DNA from: a virus
Lineage: Duplodnaviria; Caudoviricetes
Strand: one strand, 5' to 3'
Length of the DNA stretch: 31,081 nucleotides
Virus record (IMG/VR): IMGVR_UViG_3300031820_000014
Coordinates: 1 to 31,081 of that record
This document shows positions 1 through 7,409 of the stretch, piece by piece. The notes beneath the pieces are model-generated. The model searched no databases. It was given only the letters and a program-made list of their open reading frames with translations, and was not told the DNA's origin. Numbering within the stretch: the stretch's first letter is position 1; each line of letters begins with the position of its first letter. The position numbers and the translations under genes are program-made.

Positions 1-154
1 CTATGGACCCCTGGGCCACCAAGATCGCAATGTGTACGGGTCTGGAAACGGACACACCGGACACCACCCGGGGTAACGACCCGTCACCCGTGACAGTACG
101 TCACCTCGGACGGCCGTGACTCTCCGTACAATGTGACCGGGGGTGACGGTCGAT

Positions 155-733
155 TTGGCTGGCATGGGTCCCCCGCCGAAGTCACCCGAGACCCGGGTGC
201 GCCGCAACGCCTCGGTGAGCATGACGTCGCTGCCGGCCGAGGGTCGCCAGGGTGAGACGCCACGCTGGCCGTTGCTGCCCGACGTGGCGCTGCGTACCCG
301 CCGGGACCTGGCAGCGACGAAGGTCGAGGACCTGCGCGACAAGCTCAACGAGGCCGAGTTCGACGCCAAGCCGACCGCCGCGCTCGAGCAGCGCCTGGAC
401 GCCGCGCTGGAACGCCTGGCCATCCTGGAGGCGCAGGTGCGTGACCAGCGCAAGCTGGAGCTGGTGCTGTGGCGTGAGCTGTGGCAGCTCCCGCAGGCCT
501 GCGAGTGGGAGCGGCTGGGCTGGCTGCGCGACGTCGCCCAGTACGTGCGGCACAAGGTGATGGCCGAGCTCGGTGACCTCGACGCGGCCAAGGAGGCGCG
601 GCAGTGGTCCGACCGTATCGGTCTGACCCCGATGTCGATGCTGCGCCTGCGCTGGCGGGTCGTCGTCGACGAGGTGGCGGCCAAGCGTGAGGAGAGCGCC
701 GGCGCCCGGGGGCGGATCAAGGCTGTCGGCTGA
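155..733 (+). CDS. Phage terminase small subunit
   Basis: N-terminal (M)AGMGPPPK..RVRRN and C-terminal W..LW..PQA..W...GLTP..M..LRW motifs are typical of actinophage TerS. Stop overlaps the TerL start (TGATG). Start could be 143, 155 or 164. Confidence 0.85.
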   Translation: MAGMGPPPKSPETRVRRNASVSMTSLPAEGRQGETPRWPLLPDVALRTRRDLAATKVEDLRDKLNEAEFDAKPTAALEQRLDAALERLAILEAQVRDQRKLELVLWRELWQLPQACEWERLGWLRDVAQYVRHKVMAELGDLDAAKEARQWSDRIGLTPMSMLRLRWRVVVDEVAAKREESAGARGRIKAVG

Positions 734-2328
734 TGCCGTGGCGTGGGCCGGCCGAGCCGGGCGAGTTCCCCACGTTGGGCTACGACGTCGGCGAGTGGAT
801 CGAAGCGAACTGCGTGGTGCCGGACGGCTACCGGATGGGTGCGCCGTTCCTGCTCACCGACGAGATGTGGACCTTCCTGATCCGCTACTACCGGCTGTAC
901 CCGCACGCGGCGCCGTGGCCGGCCCCGGACGCTCTCCTGTACACGGGGGCGCAGTTCCGGCGGGTGCAGAAGTTCGGCAAGGACCCGTTCGGGGCGGCGA
1001 TCATCTGGGCGGAGGCACTCGGCCCGACCCGGTTCGACGGCTGGGACGCCGCCGGCGAGCCGGTCGGCGCCCCGTACCCGTCGCCACTGATCGTGTGCCT
1101 GGGCACGTCCGAGGAGCAGACCGCCAACACCTACCGGCCGCTGGTGTCGATGGCCCGCCGCGGTCCGCTGGTCGACACGTCGGGCCTGGACGTCGGGGAG
1201 ACCCGCGTCGTGTTGCCCTCCGGCGGGCAGATCGACCCGGTGACCACCTCGGCCCGCGCTCGTCTGGGCGCGCCGTTGACCTTCCTGACGATCACCGAGT
1301 CGCACCTGTTCACCTTGCAGGGCGGCTTCCGGAAGGTGTGCGGTGCGGTCAAGCGCAACGTGGCCGGCATGGACGGCCGGTGGCTGGAGCTCACCAACGG
1401 CTGGGACCCGACCGAAGGTTCCGAGGCGCAGGTGACCGGGGACTCCGGCGACGAGCGGGTGCTGGTCGACACGATCGAGCCGCGCCGGGTGGAGGACCTC
1501 TCCGATACCGAGGCGGTCTACGCGGAGCTGCTGCGCCAGTACGGGGGCAGCGCGCGGGAGGCCGGCGGCTGGGTCAACGTCCGTGGCCGGATCCTGCACG
1601 AGGTCCAGTCCGCGCGGCATTTGGAGGCAGACCGGCGTCGGTTCTTCTTGAACGAGCTGGTGGTCGGCGAGTCCGTGTTCGTCGACCCGACCCGCTGGGA
1701 CCTGGCCGCCCGCGAGGACCAGTTGCGTCCCGGCGATGCGGTGGCGCTGGGTTTCGACGGTTCGAAGTACCAGGACGCCACCGCGCTGGTCGCCTCCCGG
1801 CTGTCGGATGGGCGGCTGTTCACCGTGCGGGTGTGGGAGAAGCCGGCCGCGGCGCTCGAGTGGCGGGTTCCGACGACGGAGGTCGACGCGGCCTTGCGGG
1901 ACGTCTTCGCCGCCTACACGGTGGCGTTGATGTACGCCGACCCGTACCGCTGGCAGGACTACCTGGACGCGTGGGCGGCGGAGTGGCCCGGCATCGTCGT
2001 GGAGTTCCCGACCAACGTCGAGCAGCGCATGGACAAGGCGATCGAACGGTTCACGACGGCGTTCACCGGCGCCGAGCTCACCCACGACGGCTCCGAGGTG
2101 CTGTCGCGGCACTGCAAGAACGCGGTGCTGGTGAAGGGCTCCCGCAAGAAGCCCCGCCCGGGTGACGACGTCGAGCTGGCGACGCACTACCTGAAGATGG
2201 CCAAGCGGGGTGACGGGATGCTCATCGACGCCGCGGTCGCGGCGGTGCTCGCGTACCACGCCCGCGGGCAGGCCATCGAGGACGGTGCCCTGACGCAGCC
2301 GGAGCAGCCGTGGGCCGTATTCGCCTGA
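733..2328 (+). CDS. Phage terminase large subunit
   Basis: 531 aa. Walker A-like RRVQKFGKD, SEEQT, Walker B-like FLTITESH, nuclease motifs LGFDGS and IDAAVA. Lies between TerS and portal. Confidence 0.93.
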   Translation: MPWRGPAEPGEFPTLGYDVGEWIEANCVVPDGYRMGAPFLLTDEMWTFLIRYYRLYPHAAPWPAPDALLYTGAQFRRVQKFGKDPFGAAIIWAEALGPTRFDGWDAAGEPVGAPYPSPLIVCLGTSEEQTANTYRPLVSMARRGPLVDTSGLDVGETRVVLPSGGQIDPVTTSARARLGAPLTFLTITESHLFTLQGGFRKVCGAVKRNVAGMDGRWLELTNGWDPTEGSEAQVTGDSGDERVLVDTIEPRRVEDLSDTEAVYAELLRQYGGSAREAGGWVNVRGRILHEVQSARHLEADRRRFFLNELVVGESVFVDPTRWDLAAREDQLRPGDAVALGFDGSKYQDATALVASRLSDGRLFTVRVWEKPAAALEWRVPTTEVDAALRDVFAAYTVALMYADPYRWQDYLDAWAAEWPGIVVEFPTNVEQRMDKAIERFTTAFTGAELTHDGSEVLSRHCKNAVLVKGSRKKPRPGDDVELATHYLKMAKRGDGMLIDAAVAAVLAYHARGQAIEDGALTQPEQPWAVFA

Positions 2329-2540
2329 CCCGCCGTCACCGGGCGTTGCTGGGCTACGTGGCCGGCTGCCTGCTGATCGTGGCCGGTGCCTGGGTGGCGG
2401 CCGGTCTGGCCGCCGGGCTGATCACCGCCGGGGTCATCACCGCCGCGTCGTTCCTGCTGCTGACCGACGTGGAGGAGGGCACGGGTGAACCTCCTGCAGT
2501 CGCTGTCGCGCCGCGGCGGGTCTTCGACCCAACGCTATGA
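2310..2540 (+). CDS. Small two-TM membrane protein between terminase and portal
   Basis: 76 aa with a long hydrophobic stretch (ALLGYVAGCLLIVAGAWVAAGLAAGLITAGVITAASFLLL). Overlaps both neighbours. Confidence 0.6.
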   Translation: MGRIRLTRRHRALLGYVAGCLLIVAGAWVAAGLAAGLITAGVITAASFLLLTDVEEGTGEPPAVAVAPRRVFDPTL

Positions 2541-3909
2541 CGGCGTCGACTTTTCGGGGATAGACCCGCTCGACTTCGCCTGGTCGTTCGGTGGCACGTC
2601 CTACATGGGTGTGCCGGGCATCACCGGCAACAAGACGGAGACGCTGGAGTCCAGCTTCCTGGGCATGGTCCAGGGCGCCTACAAGCGCAACGGGGTCATC
2701 TTCGCCTGCATGCGGGCGCGGTTGTCCGTGTTCAGCGAGGCGCGGTTCCAGTTCCGGCGGATGCGCAACGGCCGCCCCGGCGACCTGTTCGGCACCCAGG
2801 ATCTGGCGTTGCTCGAGCAGCCGTGGCCGAACGGGACGACCGGCGACCTGCTGACCCGGATGCTGCAGGACGCGGACCTGGCCGGCAACGCGTACTGGAC
2901 GGTGCGTAACGGCAACCTGCGGCGGCTGCGTCCGGACTGGGTGTCGATCGTGATGGGGTCCCGCGACGACCCGCGGGTGGGTCCCGACGACCTGGACGCG
3001 GAGCTGCTGGGCTACGCGTACTGGCCGGGCGGGTTCGCGAACAAGCAGTCCGACCCGGTATACCTGCTGCCCGGTGAGGTGGCGCATTTCGCGCCGACCC
3101 CGGACCCGATCGCCCACTTCCGGGGGATGTCCTGGATCACCCCGGTGATCCGCGAGGTCGAGGCGGACACCGCGGCGACCGTGCACAAGCTGGCCTTCTT
3201 CCAGAACGGCGCCACCCTGCAGACCATCGTGACCTTCAAGGACATGCGGCAGGAAGTCTTCGAAGCGTTCGTCAAGAAGATGGACCTGGCCCACAAGGGC
3301 GCCCAGAACGCGTACAAGACCCTGTACCTGGGCGGCGGCGCCGACGCGACCGTGGTCGGGGCGGACCTGCGCCAGCTGGACTTCAAGGCCACCCAGGGCG
3401 CCGGGGAGACCCGCATCGCCGCGGCGGCCGGGGTGCCCCCGGCGATCGTCGGCCTGTCCGAGGGACTGCAGGGCTCGTCGTTGAACGCCGGCAACCTGGG
3501 TCAGCTGCGCCGCCAGTTCGCCGAGGGCACGCTCAGCACGCTGTGGCGTAACGCGGCCGGCTCCCTGCAGACCCTGGTCCCGCCTCCCGGCGGCGCCGAA
3601 CTCTGGTACGACACCCGCGACATTCCGTTCTTACGGGAGGACCGCAAGGACCGCGCCGACATCGCCCAGCAGCAGGCCGCCACCCTCTCGTCTCTGATCA
3701 ACGCCGGGTACACGCCGGACTCCGCCGTGGCCGCGCTGGAGGCCGAGGATTGGACGCTGCTGGTGCACACCGGCCTCTTCTCGGTGCAGCTCCAACCGCC
3801 CGGCGCCGGGGCGCTCCCGGGAAGCATCGAGGGCCAGGCCAATCAGGCGGCCATCACCGCCGGACCTGTGGCGGGTGGTGCCGGCCCAAAAGCGCCACCG
3901 TGGGCGTAG
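2485..3909 (+). CDS. Phage portal protein (HK97 family)
   Basis: 474 aa. Motifs L..PWPNGT, DADLAGNAY, LRPDWV, GMSW, FFQNGA, IAAAAGVPP..VG. RBS GGAGGAGG upstream. Confidence 0.93.
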   Translation: MNLLQSLSRRGGSSTQRYDGVDFSGIDPLDFAWSFGGTSYMGVPGITGNKTETLESSFLGMVQGAYKRNGVIFACMRARLSVFSEARFQFRRMRNGRPGDLFGTQDLALLEQPWPNGTTGDLLTRMLQDADLAGNAYWTVRNGNLRRLRPDWVSIVMGSRDDPRVGPDDLDAELLGYAYWPGGFANKQSDPVYLLPGEVAHFAPTPDPIAHFRGMSWITPVIREVEADTAATVHKLAFFQNGATLQTIVTFKDMRQEVFEAFVKKMDLAHKGAQNAYKTLYLGGGADATVVGADLRQLDFKATQGAGETRIAAAAGVPPAIVGLSEGLQGSSLNAGNLGQLRRQFAEGTLSTLWRNAAGSLQTLVPPPGGAELWYDTRDIPFLREDRKDRADIAQQQAATLSSLINAGYTPDSAVAALEAEDWTLLVHTGLFSVQLQPPGAGALPGSIEGQANQAAITAGPVAGGAGPKAPPWA

Positions 3910-5018
3910 GCCCCGATGCCCACGACGAGGTCTCAGCGGCGCTGCTCGAGGCCATGAACACGCTGGCGCCGCGCACCGCCGCTCAACGCTCCCTGGCCGA
4001 GCGAGGCGTCTGGGACGAGGCGAAGCATCCACGCAACCCGAAGGGCACACCGGGTGGTGGGAAGTTCAAGTCCCTCGCCCAGCGGATCACGGAGCACCTG
4101 CAGGGCTTCCTCACCGGCGACAGTCAGGGCGATCCGTTCGAGGGCTTCAGCCGCGAACAGCTCCGCAAGGTGGCCAAGGCCAGGGGACATAACCTGCCCC
4201 GCGGCGCCAGCCGGGACCACATCGCCGCGCTGCTGCTCGATGACCTGAAGGCCAACCACCACGCAGCGGGGCACTCGTCCGCGGCTCCGCATGCGCCCGC
4301 CGTGAACGCACCGAGTGCGGCAGCGATCAAGAAGGCCGAACCGTCGAAGCCGAAGGCCCACCTGACTGGTAAGGATGCGCTGATCGCCGCCCCCCTCGAA
4401 TTCGGCGCCGGAGAGTTCGTCCGCGGTGCTCACGGTGATCTCAAGCATGAACTGGACCCGGACTCGCTCGAGGAGTACCGCGGCAGTGGCTACGAGGACA
4501 TCAACGCCTACCTGCGTGCCATCGGTGCGGGTGAGCATCCGGACGACATAGACCCGGACGGCGATTTCAAGCAGACCGTCTCCGCGATCGACTTGGCGAT
4601 GCGGCATTCGAAGCTGACCCAGCCAGTCGCCGTTCACCGCGGCGTGATGGGCCTTGAGACCATGCTCCCCGGCATCGATACCAAGAGCAGTCTGGTCGGC
4701 CTCGAATATGTCGAGGACGCGTTCGCCTCGACAACGGTCGACCGGCGGGTCGCCGATGGCTTCGGCGGTGCGGGAGTGGTCCTGAACATCGCCGCCCCGA
4801 AGGGCGTCGGCGCTATCCAGTTGTCGAAGTTCTACGACGGTGCGATGCGCGGCGGAACACCGGTCGCGAACCAGAACGCCAAATCGATCAGCAACGTCAT
4901 CCACGAGCCCGACTTCGAGGCCGAGCTCCTCCTCCAGCGCGGCCTACGGTACCGGGTCGTCGGAGACCGGACCGTCAACGGCGTTCGGGAACTGGACATC
5001 GAGGTGGTGCATCCGTGA
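3900..5018 (+). CDS. VIP2/C2-like (R-S-E class) mono-ADP-ribosyltransferase with N-terminal KHPR leader and Rho_N/HeH-like domain
   Basis: GTG at 3900 overlaps the portal stop. Contains YEDINAYLR, VHRG (R at 4638), FASTT (4728) and EAELLL (ExE at 4917-4925), followed by RG..YRV. WDEAKHPR...GGKF at 4011-4067. SREQLRKVAKARG..LP.GASRDHI resembles a helix-extension-helix. Confidence 0.85.
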   Translation: MGVGPDAHDEVSAALLEAMNTLAPRTAAQRSLAERGVWDEAKHPRNPKGTPGGGKFKSLAQRITEHLQGFLTGDSQGDPFEGFSREQLRKVAKARGHNLPRGASRDHIAALLLDDLKANHHAAGHSSAAPHAPAVNAPSAAAIKKAEPSKPKAHLTGKDALIAAPLEFGAGEFVRGAHGDLKHELDPDSLEEYRGSGYEDINAYLRAIGAGEHPDDIDPDGDFKQTVSAIDLAMRHSKLTQPVAVHRGVMGLETMLPGIDTKSSLVGLEYVEDAFASTTVDRRVADGFGGAGVVLNIAAPKGVGAIQLSKFYDGAMRGGTPVANQNAKSISNVIHEPDFEAELLLQRGLRYRVVGDRTVNGVRELDIEVVHP

Positions 5019-6286
5019 CGACGAAGGCCACGTCCGGCCGGAAACGGATGACCATCGACTACCCGGTCCGGGTCCTCCGCCAACCCGACGCTGCTGGTGG
5101 GGTCCCAAAAGGTAGGGCCGCGATAGCGGCCCGATCATTCAACCCGGCCGATGACGATGACGACGGGCCGCTCGACGACGAAACCCTCGCGCTCGTCTGG
5201 GCGCTCGCCGAACTCGCCCGGGAAAAAGACGGGTTCGCGGCGCGAGCGTCGTGGGATCCGGCGAAGCACCCTCGCATTCCCGCTGTCGCGGCCCGAGCCT
5301 TCAACCCGGCCGAGCCCCGAGACCCACACACCGGTAAGTGGATCGCCGGGATGCCCGGCGCCGTTGTCGAGACCGTACTCAAAGTGGCCGGCGGCGCGCT
5401 GCACGTCAGCGCCGAGCCCGGCGCCGAAGGCCATGCCACCCTCAGCCATGGCGACCGGAGCGTGTCGCTGCGTCCGAAGGAGATCGAGCAACTCCGGAAA
5501 GAGATCATAAACGCGGAGTACGGCGAGGAGGACCAGGTCGACGGGTACGGCTTGTACGCCATACGCCGCTACAGCGGCAAGCCCGGCGAGCCCGTGAAGA
5601 TGGAACCGCTGGTCGCCCTTCGCCCGGTGCCAGGCAAATACGTCAGCGAGACGGGCAAGCCTGTCGCGAATCCCGATGCCGGCCCGCCCGACGAAGAGGT
5701 CTACAACGCCGAGTTCGACCTGTTCATCGGCCGCTCACCCAATGACCCTAACGGCGACTTCGGATCGGAGACCGAGCCCGGCGTGCGGGTCAGCCTCAAG
5801 GACCTCGACACGCACCGGCGCACCGGCCTGTACGAAACGCTGATGGATGCGACCTCAGCCCGCCGCGTTGACACCGGTAACGGGCCGACGGACGTGTACA
5901 CCCCACGGCCTGGACGGTTGGCGCTGCGGATGAAGGACGACAACGGCAACCCTACAGAGGTCGAGTTCAACGCCGGAGAGTGGCGACGCATCGATCACGC
6001 CATAAACCTCCTCGCCGAAGGCTTCGACGAGTCGAAGATTCCGGCGAACGCGCCGGACGACTATCACCCGCCGGAAATCAACCACCTGATCGTCCAGACC
6101 GCCGCCGGCCCGGTCGAGCTCAATTGGCGCGGCCCCCGCCAGGACCACGGCTACAGCTCCGCTGCCAGCCTGACGATCACTCCTCAGTACGGCGCCGCAT
6201 GGGGAATCGCTGTCGACGGGGACCACATGTCAGACCTGTTCGGCGCGCTCGCAGGCGTGGCCGAGATGTCAGGCATCCAGCAGTAA
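5015..6286 (+). CDS. Hypothetical protein with repeated WDPAKHPR / FNPAEPRD..TGKW leader motifs, putative head-associated
   Basis: 423-aa ORF coupled to the ART stop (GTGA). Leader motif is shared with the ART. C-terminal ~300 aa not recognised. Confidence 0.7.
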   Translation: MTTKATSGRKRMTIDYPVRVLRQPDAAGGVPKGRAAIAARSFNPADDDDDGPLDDETLALVWALAELAREKDGFAARASWDPAKHPRIPAVAARAFNPAEPRDPHTGKWIAGMPGAVVETVLKVAGGALHVSAEPGAEGHATLSHGDRSVSLRPKEIEQLRKEIINAEYGEEDQVDGYGLYAIRRYSGKPGEPVKMEPLVALRPVPGKYVSETGKPVANPDAGPPDEEVYNAEFDLFIGRSPNDPNGDFGSETEPGVRVSLKDLDTHRRTGLYETLMDATSARRVDTGNGPTDVYTPRPGRLALRMKDDNGNPTEVEFNAGEWRRIDHAINLLAEGFDESKIPANAPDDYHPPEINHLIVQTAAGPVELNWRGPRQDHGYSSAASLTITPQYGAAWGIAVDGDHMSDLFGALAGVAEMSGIQQ

Positions 6287-6344
6287 GAACCCGACTACCC
6301 CCCCACCACAGTCCCCGCGCGAGACCGAGGAGGTGCGTGGGCCG

Positions 6345-7409
6345 ATGACGCATGCCCTACGCGCAGACGCACAGAAGCCGTACGGCGACGTCGCCTACGC
6401 CGACCCCGGGTACCAGGCCGACGGGAAGAAGCGCTACCCGATCGACACCGAGGAACACTGCAAGGCCGCGTGGTCCTACATCAACCAGGCCAGCAACGCG
6501 TCGAAGTACTCGCCGGAGCATCTCGCGGCGATCAAGGGGCGGATCAAGAGCGCGGCGAAGAAGTTCGGCATCGAGATCGCCGATTCGGGCAGCCGGTCCG
6601 AGTTTGCGCCGCTGCCGTTCGTGCGCAGCTTCCCGCTCTCGGATATCTCGATCCGGGCCGGCGGCGACGGCCGCACCGTGGACGCCTACGCGACCGTGTT
6701 CGACACCCCGGTGCCGATCCACGACCAGGACGGCGACTACATCGAGGTCATCGACCGGCGCGCGTTCGACCGGATCCTGCCGAAACTAGCCCCGTCGGGC
6801 GGCCGGTCGTCGTGGCGGGTGGGCGTCTTCTACAACCACGGCATGACCCTTCACGGCACACCCAGCGACCTCAACTCGATGCCCATCGGTGTGCCCTTGG
6901 AGATCAAAGCGGACGGCCACGGCCTGTTCACCCGCACCCGCTACTCGAAGGGACCGGAGATCGACCGGATCCTCGACGCGATCAGCGAAGGATCCCTGTC
7001 GGCGTACTCGTTCTCCGGGCGCTTCGACCGCTCCGATCCGACACCGCCGCGCGGCGGGTTCCGCGCCGACGCGCGCGGCAACCTGCGCACCGTGCGCCGC
7101 ACCGAATCGACACTTCGGGAGTACGGCCCGACCCCGTTCCCCGCCTACCAGGACGCGGCGATCGTCGGCGTGCGCGCCGAGCAGATCACCGAGCAGCTCG
7201 ACCGCATCACCGAACTACTGCGCAGCGGCGCTCCGCTGGACTCGCCGCCGCTTTCCGGCGCTCCCGAATGGGACTCGCCGCCCGAGGACTCGCACCAGGT
7301 GCGCTCCGGTCGGTCAGTCAAGGAGGAGATGCAGGCCGCGAGGTCCCGTTTCCTCCAGAGGTACGGGAGCGAACATCATGCCGGAAACCACTACCCGCGA
7401 CGCGCCTGA
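6345..7409 (+). CDS. HK97-family prohead protease with N-terminal DUF6582-like domain
   Basis: RBS GAGGAGG. N-terminal KPYGDVAYADPGYQADGKKRYPIDTEEH..AAWSYIN. Protease motifs YATVF, EVIDRRAF, YNHG, PIG, GL, YSFSG, EYGPTPFPAY. Confidence 0.9.
   Translation: MTHALRADAQKPYGDVAYADPGYQADGKKRYPIDTEEHCKAAWSYINQASNASKYSPEHLAAIKGRIKSAAKKFGIEIADSGSRSEFAPLPFVRSFPLSDISIRAGGDGRTVDAYATVFDTPVPIHDQDGDYIEVIDRRAFDRILPKLAPSGGRSSWRVGVFYNHGMTLHGTPSDLNSMPIGVPLEIKADGHGLFTRTRYSKGPEIDRILDAISEGSLSAYSFSGRFDRSDPTPPRGGFRADARGNLRTVRRTESTLREYGPTPFPAYQDAAIVGVRAEQITEQLDRITELLRSGAPLDSPPLSGAPEWDSPPEDSHQVRSGRSVKEEMQAARSRFLQRYGSEHHAGNHYPRRA

Noticed and set aside
1-2259. 752-aa minus-strand ORF
   Set aside because: Antisense shadow of terS/terL caused by high-GC codon bias. 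No recognisable motifs.
3750-3899. Upstream start of the ART ORF
   Set aside because: It would overlap the portal by 160 nt. GTG 3900 at the portal stop fits coupling better.
6889-7377. N-terminal extension of the capsid ORF, or a protease-capsid fusion
   Set aside because: The extension overlaps the protease in another frame with off-frame composition. ATG 7378 has a GGGAG RBS, and no slippery site was seen.
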